64,000 nucleotides of DNA from Terriglobia bacterium (lineage in GTDB: Bacteria; Acidobacteriota; Polarisedimenticolia; Polarisedimenticolales; JAIQFR01). The notes beneath the pieces were generated by a model. The model was given only the letters and a program-made list of their open reading frames with translations, ran no database searches and was not told where the DNA came from. The DNA is taken from contig CAVVHE010000004.1 in assembly GCA_963748015.1 (NCBI GenBank), positions 864,001-928,000 on the forward strand, read 5' to 3'. Below are positions 9,100 to 17,538 of the stretch, piece by piece. The position numbers were made by a program, and so were the translations under genes. The stretch's first letter is position 1, and each line of letters starts with the position of its first letter.

Positions 9100-9548
9100 G
9101 ACTCCGCCGATTTCTCGGCCTCTGGGCGCCGGTGGCCCTCTACGCCGCCGCGCTGTTCGCCGCGTCGTCGCGCAGCGGGTTCCCCGACATCGTCGCACTG
9201 TTCTGGGACAAGCTCCTCCACGCGGGGGCTTGGGCCGTGCTGACCGCCCTCGCGCTCCGCGCGACCCATGGCGGAAAAGGGCCGTTGCGGGCGGGACCGA
9301 CGCTCGCCGCGGCGGCCATCGCCGTGGGGTACGGGCTATCCGACGAGTATCACCAGTCGTTCGTCACCGGCCGGGACGCGGGCCTTCCGGACCTCCTCGC
9401 CGACTTCGTCGGGGCGGCGGTGGCCGTAGCGGCGGCCTTCGGACGACAGGTGTGGATGCGCTCGAGACCCTCGGCGCGCTCCGGAGCGAGCGGTGCGGGC
9501 CCGAGGATCTCGAACGCCGAACGGGGAGCGACGGACCTCCGTGACTGA
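9096..9548 (+). CDS. VanZ-like membrane protein
   Basis: DKLLHAGAW, YGLSDEYHQSFVTGR, DLLADFVG. Confidence 0.88.
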   Translation: MRLRRFLGLWAPVALYAAALFAASSRSGFPDIVALFWDKLLHAGAWAVLTALALRATHGGKGPLRAGPTLAAAAIAVGYGLSDEYHQSFVTGRDAGLPDLLADFVGAAVAVAAAFGRQVWMRSRPSARSGASGAGPRISNAERGATDLRD

Positions 9549-9562
9549 TGGGGGCCAGCGGC

Positions 9563-10183
9563 TCACTTCGCCGCGGGGGCCGGCGCCGGCTTGGCCTTTA
9601 TCGCTTCGAGGTCGATCGCCGCGGTGACCTCGTTCCCGAGGAGGGTGCCGCCCGCATCCAGCACCTTGTTCCACTCGATGCCGTAGTCCTTCCTGTTCAG
9701 GACGAACGAGGCGGAGAAGCCGGCGCGCTCGTTCCCCCACGGATCCTTGGAGGTCCCGAGAAATTCGACGGGGATCGTGATCTCCTTCGTCACGCCGTGC
9801 AGGGTGAAATTCCCGGTGACCTGGTAGACGCTTCCGGCTCCCTTGGCGATCTTGGTGCTGGTGAAGGTCAGCTCGGGGAACTTCTCGACATCGAAGAAAT
9901 CCGGGCTCTTGAGGTGCGCGTCGCGCTTGGGCTCCGCCGTGTCGATGCTGGCGGCCTTGATGTTGAGGGCGACGGAGGACTTCGCGGGATCGGCGGCGTC
10001 GAGCTGGATCGTTCCCGAGAAATCGGTGAAGCGGCCGGTGACATTGGAGACGAGGTGCCGGATCTTGAAGCCGACGTTGCTGTGGGAGCGATCCATGGTG
10101 TAGGTGTCCGCCGCCATCGTCGCGGTGGCCGCGAGGGCGGTCGCGAGGAGGACGAGCGCGGGCACGAAGCGTCGGATTCTCAT
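9563..10183 (-). CDS. yceI: YceI family periplasmic isoprenoid/lipid-binding protein
   Basis: Signal peptide; D..HSNVGFKIRHL, SIDT...RDAHLKSPDFFDVEKFP, G.FTLHGVTK, DPWG..RAGF. Confidence 0.95.
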   Translation of the reverse strand: MRIRRFVPALVLLATALAATATMAADTYTMDRSHSNVGFKIRHLVSNVTGRFTDFSGTIQLDAADPAKSSVALNIKAASIDTAEPKRDAHLKSPDFFDVEKFPELTFTSTKIAKGAGSVYQVTGNFTLHGVTKEITIPVEFLGTSKDPWGNERAGFSASFVLNRKDYGIEWNKVLDAGGTLLGNEVTAAIDLEAIKAKPAPAPAAK

Positions 10184-10231
10184 TCGGAATCTCCTGTGCG
10201 CCGCGGAGGCCGAGGCCGCCGCGGGGAACTT

Positions 10232-10258
10232 AATAGAGGACTACTTGAGTCCACTATT
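10232..10258. promoter_or_regulatory. Palindromic operator upstream of yceI (Rrf2/IscR type-1-like)
   Basis: AATAGAGGACT-ACTTG-AGTCCACTATT, 10 of 11 positions complementary, AT-rich against background. Confidence 0.6.
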
Positions 10259-10309
10259 GGGGATTGTTGCATACCCCGACCGGTGCCGCAACCCGGTTCC
10301 TCGCGGCGG

Positions 10310-11368
10310 TCACCCCGGCGGGATCGTGCGTTCCGGCTCCGCGCGCCGGACGAGCGCCGCGGCGGCGTCCACCCATTCCGGGGAAGCATTCAGGGAGGGG
10401 ACCAGGCGGAGGGACTCGCCGCCGGACGCCAGGAAGGACTCTGCCGCCCGGATCCCGATCTCCTCGAGCGTCTCGAGGCAGTCCGCGACGAACGAAGGGC
10501 ACATGACCGCGAGCCGGCGCACCCGACGGCGCGCGAGTTCCCCGAGGGCCTCCTCGGTGGACGGGCCGATCCAGGGGATCCTCCCGAGGCGTGACTGGAA
10601 CGCGACCGACCAACGTTCGCCGGGAAGCCCGAGAGCCCCCGCGAGGAGCCGCGCGGTCTCGAACGACTGGGCGCGGTAGCAGTTCCTGTTCTCCCTTCCC
10701 ACCGCGGCGCAGCAATCCGCGGACGCGAGGCAGCGCCGGGCCGGGCCGTCGGACTTGTGGATCTGTCGCTCCGGGAGCCCGTGGAAGCTGAAGAGGAGGT
10801 GGTCCGGGCCGTCCGCGTCGAGAACGGCGCGGGCTCTCGCGGCGAACGCGGAGATGAACCCTCGGTCCGCGTAGAACGGCGGCACCGTGGCCAGCAGCGG
10901 CACGTTCCAGAGCGGGGCCGCCAGGCGGTAGGCCGCTTCGAGGGCGGACCCCGTCGTCGCGGACGCCTGCTGCGGGTAGAGGGGGAACACGACGATGCTG
11001 TCGCACCCGCGGTCGCGGAGGTCCCGAAGGGCCGACGCCATGGACGGCGCGCCGTAACCCATCCCGAGCGCCACGGCGTAGGACGGGCCGAGCCGCTCGG
11101 CGAGAGCGTCGCGGAGCGCGTTGCCGTGCACCAGCAGCGGGGACCCTTCGGGCAGCCAGATCTTCCGGTACGCCTCCGCCGAGCGGGCGGGACGAAAAGG
11201 GAGGATCACGAAACGGAGGAGGAGGAACCTCGCCACGGGGTGCGTGTCCAGGACGCGGGGGTCCCTCAGGAACTCGGCGAGGTAGCGGCGCACCTCGGGG
11301 GTGCGCGGCGCGTCGGGAGTGCCGACGTTCGCGAGGAGCACGCCGACCGGCGATATGGCTGCGCCCAT
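10310..11368 (-). CDS. hemH: Ferrochelatase
   Basis: GVLLANVGTP, YLAEFL.DPRV, GSPL, PLYPQ, LLFSFHGLP, AFQSRLG, SFVADCLETLEEI. Confidence 0.96.
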   Translation of the reverse strand: MGAAISPVGVLLANVGTPDAPRTPEVRRYLAEFLRDPRVLDTHPVARFLLLRFVILPFRPARSAEAYRKIWLPEGSPLLVHGNALRDALAERLGPSYAVALGMGYGAPSMASALRDLRDRGCDSIVVFPLYPQQASATTGSALEAAYRLAAPLWNVPLLATVPPFYADRGFISAFAARARAVLDADGPDHLLFSFHGLPERQIHKSDGPARRCLASADCCAAVGRENRNCYRAQSFETARLLAGALGLPGERWSVAFQSRLGRIPWIGPSTEEALGELARRRVRRLAVMCPSFVADCLETLEEIGIRAAESFLASGGESLRLVPSLNASPEWVDAAAALVRRAEPERTIPPG

Positions 11369-11471
11369 CCCTCGAAGCGTAGAAGGTCCCGCGGGCCGCC
11401 GCAAGTCCCCGGGCGGCGGACCGTCTTGGGTTTCCGCCCGAGCGAGGCTATTCTCCAGCCCGGAGGTTCCC

Positions 11472-12437
11472 ATGCGACGACGCGTCCCGCCGGCCGACTT
11501 GTCGAAGGTGACCACGTATCCTCTCGCGGAGCGGCGGAACAAGGTTTCCGTGTCGGAATTTGCCAGCCCCGCCGACCCGTCCGAGCCGCTGGAGGCGTTC
11601 CTCGACGGCCTGAGCGACGTTCTGGCCGTCCGGACCCTCCGGGACCTCGCGTCCACGGTCGCGGAGGCGCTCGCGCGAGAGCGCACGGTCGCGTGGGCGA
11701 TCGGCGCGCACGTCGTGAAGGTCGGCCAGTCTCCGGTTCTGATCCGAATGATGGAGGAGGGGACGTTGACCGCGCTGGCGATGAACGGCGCGGGGGCGAT
11801 CCACGACTGGGAGATCGCGGCGATCGGCGCGACGTCCGAGGACGTGGCGGCGGGACTCCACCTGGGCCGCTTCGGGATGGCGGAAGAGACCGGGCGAGAG
11901 CTGAACGAGGCCGCGGCCGAAGCGGCATCCCGCGGAGAGGGACTCGGCGAGACGCTCGGCCGGCGCATCGTGGATTCCGGGCGGCCCTTCCGCGATCGGA
12001 GCCTCCTGGGGCGCGCGTTCGAGCTCGGCGTGCCCGCGACGGTCCACGTGGCGGTCGGGAGCGACATCGTGCACCAGCACCCGAACGCCGACGGCGCCGC
12101 CATCGGGGCCGCGACCTTCACCGACTTCCGCCGGCTGATCACGGTCGTGGGCGGCCTTTCGGGCGGGGTGTGGATCAACTGCGGGTCGGCGGTCCAGCTC
12201 CCCGAGGTCTTCCTGAAAGCGCTTTCAGTGGCGGAGAATCTCGGCCACGACGTCGCCGATTTCGCGACCGCGAACCTCGACATGATCCGGCACTACCGCA
12301 CCGAGGAGAACGTCCTGCGGCGCCCGACGGCGGGAAAGGGAAGGGCTTTCTCCCTGGTCGGTCACCACGAGATCAACGTCCCGTTGCTCGCCGCGGCGAT
12401 CGCGATCGAGCGGAAGCGCCGCGTCGCGGGACGCTGA
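11472..12437 (+). CDS. Deoxyhypusine-synthase-like conserved protein (GSU2086-like), function unknown
   Basis: GAHVVKVG, AMNGAGAIHDWE, TSEDV, FGMAEETG, GSAVQLPEVFLKA, GHHEI; RBS GGAGG. Confidence 0.7.
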   Translation: MRRRVPPADLSKVTTYPLAERRNKVSVSEFASPADPSEPLEAFLDGLSDVLAVRTLRDLASTVAEALARERTVAWAIGAHVVKVGQSPVLIRMMEEGTLTALAMNGAGAIHDWEIAAIGATSEDVAAGLHLGRFGMAEETGRELNEAAAEAASRGEGLGETLGRRIVDSGRPFRDRSLLGRAFELGVPATVHVAVGSDIVHQHPNADGAAIGAATFTDFRRLITVVGGLSGGVWINCGSAVQLPEVFLKALSVAENLGHDVADFATANLDMIRHYRTEENVLRRPTAGKGRAFSLVGHHEINVPLLAAAIAIERKRRVAGR

Positions 12438-13471
12438 TGGCGGGCATCGTCGTCATCCAGACCGCGTTTCTCGGGGATGTGGTCCTCACGACGCCGCTCC
12501 TTCGCGAGCTTCGCCGCGCCCGGCCGGAGGTCCCGATCACGGTCGTGACGACGCCCGTGGGAGCGGAGACCCTGGCCGGCCACCCTTCCGTGGACGCGAT
12601 CGAGGTGTTCGACAAGAAGGGAAGGGACCGCGGCCCTTCCGGCGTGGCGCGCCTCTCGCGGCGCCTCCGGGCGCGCGCCCCGGAGATCGCCGTCGCGGCG
12701 CAGCGGTCGGCCAGGACCGGGCTCCTCTCGCTGCTGAGCGGCGCGGGGGCGCGCATCGGCTTCGCGGGCGCTTCCGGACGCTTCGCGTACACCCGGCGGG
12801 TGCCCTGGACGGCGGGGGATCACGCCGTTCGCCGTTACCTCGCGCTTTCCGAGCCGGCGGGCGGCGAGCCCGCAACGGCGGACCCGCGCCCGGAGATCGC
12901 CGTCGCCGCGGACGCCCGCGAGCGCGTGCGGGAGCTCCTCGCGTCCGCCGGGGTCCTGGAGGAAGAGGCGCTGCTCGCCATCGCCCCGGGCTCGATCTGG
13001 GGAACGAAGCGCTGGCTGCCCGAGGGCTTCGCCGCGATCGCGACCGCCGCCGCGTCGCGCGGGCTCGTGGCGGTCCTCGTCGGCGCCCCCGACGAGCGCC
13101 CCTTGTGCGACGAGGTGGCCGCGGCGTCGGGGTCGCGCGCGATCAACCTCGCCGGGCGATGCGGGATTCCCGATCTCGCGGCGCTCCTCGCCCGAGCCCG
13201 GGTGCTCGTCTCGAACGACAGCGGCGCCGGCCACGTCGCGAGCGCGGTCGGCACCCCCGTGATCTCGATCTTCGGCCCGACCGTCCCCGGGTTCGGATAC
13301 ACCCCGTTCGGCGAAGGGAACCGCGTCGTCGAGCACCCGGGCCTCGGATGCCGCCCCTGCGACCGCCACGGCCCGCAGGCCTGCCCGCTCGGCCACTTCC
13401 GCTGCATGCGCGAGATCGGCGCGGACAGAGTCCTCTCCGCCCTCGACGAGGTTCTCTCCGGGAGAAAGTAG
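12437..13471 (+). CDS. waaF: LPS heptosyltransferase II (GT9)
   Basis: QTAFLGDVVLTTP, APGSIWGTKRW, SNDSGAGHVASAVGTP, FGPT, CRPC..HG...CP.GHFRCM. Confidence 0.88.
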   Translation: MAGIVVIQTAFLGDVVLTTPLLRELRRARPEVPITVVTTPVGAETLAGHPSVDAIEVFDKKGRDRGPSGVARLSRRLRARAPEIAVAAQRSARTGLLSLLSGAGARIGFAGASGRFAYTRRVPWTAGDHAVRRYLALSEPAGGEPATADPRPEIAVAADARERVRELLASAGVLEEEALLAIAPGSIWGTKRWLPEGFAAIATAAASRGLVAVLVGAPDERPLCDEVAAASGSRAINLAGRCGIPDLAALLARARVLVSNDSGAGHVASAVGTPVISIFGPTVPGFGYTPFGEGNRVVEHPGLGCRPCDRHGPQACPLGHFRCMREIGADRVLSALDEVLSGRK

Positions 13472-13482
13472 CGATTCTCCTC

Positions 13483-13670
13483 GCGACGATCGAGAGGGCG
13501 CCGTCGCGTGGCGACGATGCCCGAGGCGACGGGGCCCCCGCACGGCCGGGCGAAGAACCTCGCGCGATGGCGATAGGGTCCTCGCCATCGCGCCTGCGAG
13601 GTTCGAGCGCGGCCGATGCGGGTCGTCGCCGAGGGAGGTCGACACGCGACGGCGCCCTCTCGATCGTCGC
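13483..13670. repeat. Long palindromic element with perfect 28-bp terminal inverted repeats
   Basis: GCGACGATCGAGAGGGCGCCGTCGCGTG (13483-13510) is the exact reverse complement of 13643-13670; nested inner stems. Confidence 0.9.
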
Positions 13671-13700
13671 CCCCGCGAGAGCCACCAGCGCCGAATGCGG

Positions 13701-15134
13701 CTACGAGGCGACGGGGAGCTGGGGCTTGCCGCGCAGGTAGGCGTCGATGGCCTTGGCCGCGGTCTTGCCGTCGCCCATCGCGAGGATGACGGTCGCCGCG
13801 CCGCGCACGATGTCGCCTCCCGCGAAGACCCCCGGCATGTTCGTCATCCCGTTCGAGTCCACCTCGATGTAGCCCCAGCGGTTGAGCTTGAGCTCGGGGC
13901 AGGTCGAGGTCAGCAGGGGATTGGCCTTCGTGCCGATCGACACGACGACGATGTCGCAGGGGATCACGTACTCGGAGCCGGGGACGGCCACGGGCCTGCG
14001 GCGGCCGGATGCATCGGGCTCGCCCAGCTCCATGCGAACGCACTTGAGGCCTGAGACCCAGCCGCGCTCGTCGCCCAGCACCTCGACCGGCGCGACGAGG
14101 AGGTCGAAGCGGATTCCCTCCTCCTCCGCGTGGTGCGCCTCTTCCACGCGGGCCGGCATCTCGGCGCGGCTGCGGCGGTAGACGATGATGGACTCGTCGG
14201 CGCCGAGGCGCTTCGAGGTACGGACCGCGTCCATCGCGACGTTGCCTCCGCCCACGACGGCGACGCGCTTGCCCTTGAGCACCGGCGTCTCGGCGCCCGG
14301 GGCCCACGCGCCCATGAGGTTCACGCGGGTCAGGTACTCGTTGGCGGAATAGACCCCCTTGTAGTTCTCGCCGGGGACGTTCATGAACACCGGGAGGCCG
14401 GCCCCCACCGCGACGAACAGCGCGTCGAAGCGCGCGCGGAGGTCCGCTAGGGTATAGGTCTTCCCGATGATGGAGTTGAACTCGATCTTCACGCCGTGCC
14501 GCACGAGCCGGTCGACCTCCTTCTGCACGAGGTCCTTCGGCAGCCGGAACTCGGGGATGCCGTAGATGAGCACCCCACCCGGGGCGTGGAACGCCTCGAA
14601 GATCGTCACCTCGTGCCCGAGCTGTATCAGCTCGCCGGAAGCGGTGAGCCCTCCGGGACCGGACCCGACCACGGCCACCTTCTTGCCCGACGGCGCGGCC
14701 TCGTGGAAGGGAACGCCGTCCGCGCGGGAGAGCGCCCAGTCGGCGACGAACCGCTCGAGGTAGCCGATCGCGACCGGCGCCCCCTTGTTGCTGCGGATGC
14801 AAACCGCCTCGCACTGCGTCTCCTGGGGACAAACGCGGCCGGTGACGGCGGGGAGCGCGTTGTCCCGGAGGAGGATCTCCGCGGCGCCCTCGAGGTTCCC
14901 CTCGGCGAGGCACCGGATGAAGGCCGGGATGTCGACCGCGACGGGGCACCCCTCGATGCACTTCGCGGTCTTGCACATCAGGCAGCGCTGGGCCTCGATC
15001 ATCGCCAGCTGCTCGGGGTAGCCGAGGTTGACCTCGTCGAAGTTCCGCACGCGCGCGGACGGCGATTGCTCGAGCATCTTCTGACGCTCGATCGCCATGC
15101 GCTCCTTCGGGGTCAACGGTCGGGATTCGGGCAT
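13701..15134 (-). CDS. nfnB: NfnB/SudA large subunit (GltD-like flavo-Fe-S protein)
   Basis: EAQRCLMC...C..GCP, GRVCPQETQCE..C, GSGPGG, YGIPEFRLPK, GGGNVAMD, FAGGDIVRGAATVILAMGDGK. Confidence 0.88.
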   Translation of the reverse strand: MPESRPLTPKERMAIERQKMLEQSPSARVRNFDEVNLGYPEQLAMIEAQRCLMCKTAKCIEGCPVAVDIPAFIRCLAEGNLEGAAEILLRDNALPAVTGRVCPQETQCEAVCIRSNKGAPVAIGYLERFVADWALSRADGVPFHEAAPSGKKVAVVGSGPGGLTASGELIQLGHEVTIFEAFHAPGGVLIYGIPEFRLPKDLVQKEVDRLVRHGVKIEFNSIIGKTYTLADLRARFDALFVAVGAGLPVFMNVPGENYKGVYSANEYLTRVNLMGAWAPGAETPVLKGKRVAVVGGGNVAMDAVRTSKRLGADESIIVYRRSRAEMPARVEEAHHAEEEGIRFDLLVAPVEVLGDERGWVSGLKCVRMELGEPDASGRRRPVAVPGSEYVIPCDIVVVSIGTKANPLLTSTCPELKLNRWGYIEVDSNGMTNMPGVFAGGDIVRGAATVILAMGDGKTAAKAIDAYLRGKPQLPVAS

Positions 15135-15162
15135 GATCGTGGTCTCCCGGGGAAGCAAGGTG

Positions 15163-15996
15163 TCAGAGGCCGATCTTGCAGTCGTGGTCGGCGCGAGAAA
15201 CGGCCGCCTGCTCGAAATCTCGGTAGGTCGTCAGCCGGTCCTTCAGCTCGTCGAAGTTCACCAGGTGGCCGTCGAACTCGGGGCCGTCCACGCAGGCGTA
15301 CTTGGTCTCGCCCCCGATCGTGACCCGGCAGCCGCCGCACATGCCGGTGCCGTCCACCATGATCGGATTGAGCGAGACGATCGTGCGGACCCTGAGGGGC
15401 CGGGTGATCTCCACGACGGCGCGCATCATGGGGACCGGTCCCACGGCGTAGACCGCGTCGACGTCGCCCGCGGCCAGCGCGTCCTTCAAGGCCTCCGTGA
15501 CGAACCCGTGACGTCCGTAGCTCCCGTCGTCGGTGCAGACGACGACGTCGCCCTCGCCCCGAAGCTCGCTCTCGTAGATGACCCACTCCTTCGAGCGGCC
15601 GCCGATGATGCTGGTGACCCGAACGCCACGGCGGTGCAGCTCCTGCGCGATCGGATAGACCACCGCCGTTCCGACGCCGCCGCCGACGCAGACGGCGTGG
15701 CCGGACTCGAGCAGCTCGGTGGGGTGGCCGAGAGGGCCGGCGACGTCGCGGATCTCTTCCCCCGCCGTGAGGGCGACGAGCTCGGTGGTGCTCTTGCCCA
15801 CGGCCTGGATCACGAGGGAGATCGTTCCCTTCGACGGGTCCCCGTCGGCGATCGTGAGGGGTATCCTCTCGCACCCCGCGGCTCGCCGAACGATGACGAA
15901 CTGTCCCGGGCGTCGGATCTCCGCCACGCGGGGAGCCGAGATGACGAGACGGACGACGTTGGGGGAGAGTCTGTCGTTCGACAGAACTGGATGCAT
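15163..15996 (-). CDS. nfnA: NfnA/SudB small subunit (FNR-like, 2Fe-2S)
   Basis: PGQFVI, ERIPLTI, GPLG.P, GGGVG, TDDGSYG, GPVPMM, SLNPIMVDGTGMCGGCRV, CVDGPEF. Confidence 0.9.
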   Translation of the reverse strand: MHPVLSNDRLSPNVVRLVISAPRVAEIRRPGQFVIVRRAAGCERIPLTIADGDPSKGTISLVIQAVGKSTTELVALTAGEEIRDVAGPLGHPTELLESGHAVCVGGGVGTAVVYPIAQELHRRGVRVTSIIGGRSKEWVIYESELRGEGDVVVCTDDGSYGRHGFVTEALKDALAAGDVDAVYAVGPVPMMRAVVEITRPLRVRTIVSLNPIMVDGTGMCGGCRVTIGGETKYACVDGPEFDGHLVNFDELKDRLTTYRDFEQAAVSRADHDCKIGL

Positions 15997-16121
15997 CGAT
16001 TCCTCCGGCCGCGGCGCCGACGCTCTCGATCGAGAAACCGGCTACCGCTCCAATACCGCTACGTCCTCGCCGACGCGTCGGCCGGGGAGGGGATCGTCAA
16101 TTCAATCCCAATTCAGTCTTT

Positions 16122-16150
16122 ATTTTAGCGGATCGACCCTCATCGGACAA
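16122..16150 (-). promoter_or_regulatory. sigma70-type promoter of nfnAB
   Basis: Minus strand TTGTCC, 17 nt spacer, TAAAAT. Confidence 0.6.
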
Positions 16151-16172
16151 TCGCCGGGCAACGAGCCAGCTG

Positions 16173-17387
16173 CTAGGCCGTGACCGCCTTGCCGGGATAG
16201 GCCTCGAGAGCCGCGCCGAAGACCGCCATGGCCCGGGCCAGTTTCGCCTCCTCGAGCACGTACGCGATCCGGACCTCGTCCCGGCCCAAGCCCGGCGTCG
16301 CGTAGAAACCGTCGGCGGGGGCGACCATCACCGTCTCGCCGTCCACGGCGAAGTCCTGGAGCATGAAGATCGCGAAACGCTCGGCGTCGTCGATGGGGAG
16401 CTTGGCGCAGAGGTAGAAGGCCCCCTCGGGCTTCCGCACGGTCACCCCGGGAGCGGCGGTCAGCGCCTCGTAGACCACGTCCCGACGGCGCTGGTAGTCG
16501 CGGATCACCCCCTCGATGTAGGACGGCGGCACGTCGCCCAGCGCGCACGCGGCGAACTGGCCGAGCGTCGGGGGGCACAAACGGGCCTGTCCGAACTTCA
16601 GGATGGCGGCCATCAGCTCGCGGTTCCTGCTCACGACGTTCCCGACCCGGATGCCGCACAGCGAGACGCGCTTCGACAGGCTGTCCACCATCACGACGCG
16701 GTCCTCGATCCCCTCGAGCGTGAGGCTCGATCGCTGGCGCCTGCCGTCGTAGGCGAACTCGCGGTACACCTCGTCGCAGACCAGGAAGAGGCCACGCTCG
16801 CGGCAGACGGCCCCGAGAAGCTCCATCTCCTCGTCGGTGTAGACGGTGCCGGTCGGGTTGTTCGGGGTGCAGATCAGGATCGCTCGAGTCCGCGGGCCGA
16901 TCTTCGACTCGATCGCCTCTCGCGGCGGGAGGTGATAGCCGTCCTCGGCGCGGGTCGTCACCGGGACGAGCTTCACGCCGATCAGCGACGCGAAGCCGCT
17001 GTAGTTCGTGTAGAAGGGCTCGAAGACGACGACCTCGTCGCCGTTGTCCGCCAGGGCGCCGAGGACGAACAGGATCGCCTCGCTCCCCCCGGTCGTGACG
17101 AAGATCTCCTCCGCGGCGACGGTCAGTCCCACGCGGGCGTAGTAGCCGCGAAGGGTCTCGACGAACTCCGGCAGGCCCTGCGACGGACCGTAGGGCACGT
17201 TGCGGTCGTCGTAGGAGCGCAGGCGGTCGAGGATCGCCTTCGGGGTCGGGATGTCGGGCTGGCCGATGTTCAGCGAGTAGACTTTCTTCCCGGCCCTGCG
17301 CGCCTCCGCGGCGAACGGGGCGAGGCGCCGGATCGGAGAGGCGGGCATGCCGAGGGCTCGTTGCGACAGGCGCGGCGGGTGGGGCAT
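16173..17387 (-). CDS. PLP-dependent class I/II aminotransferase (aspartate aminotransferase-like)
   Basis: LNIGQPD, TTGGSEA, PNNPTG, DEVYREF, DSLSKR..CG.RVG. Confidence 0.93.
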   Translation of the reverse strand: MPHPPRLSQRALGMPASPIRRLAPFAAEARRAGKKVYSLNIGQPDIPTPKAILDRLRSYDDRNVPYGPSQGLPEFVETLRGYYARVGLTVAAEEIFVTTGGSEAILFVLGALADNGDEVVVFEPFYTNYSGFASLIGVKLVPVTTRAEDGYHLPPREAIESKIGPRTRAILICTPNNPTGTVYTDEEMELLGAVCRERGLFLVCDEVYREFAYDGRRQRSSLTLEGIEDRVVMVDSLSKRVSLCGIRVGNVVSRNRELMAAILKFGQARLCPPTLGQFAACALGDVPPSYIEGVIRDYQRRRDVVYEALTAAPGVTVRKPEGAFYLCAKLPIDDAERFAIFMLQDFAVDGETVMVAPADGFYATPGLGRDEVRIAYVLEEAKLARAMAVFGAALEAYPGKAVTA

Positions 17388-17538
17388 CGTCCGGTCTCCT
17401 CCCTCGCGATCCTTGGCGTTCCGCCGACCGAGGCGGACGGACAGTCTAGCGGATCGGCGGGCTCTTCGACACCCCGGGAGATTGCCCGCGGGAGCCCGCG
17501 CGGTTAGACTCTCCCGGCCGTTCACGAGAGGAGCTGCC

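Noticed and set aside
10310..13471. Long overlapping ORFs suggesting hemH or waaF fusions
   Set aside because: Family motifs begin at 11368 (-) and 12437 (+); upstream parts are shadows of neighbouring genes
13483..13670. 6S RNA or CRISPR interpretation of the long hairpin
   Set aside because: No large central bubble or promoter visible; repeats are inverted, not direct with spacers; no cas genes
13701..15134. Glutamate synthase small subunit call
   Set aside because: No gltB nearby, and the adjacent gene is an NfnA/SudB-type subunit
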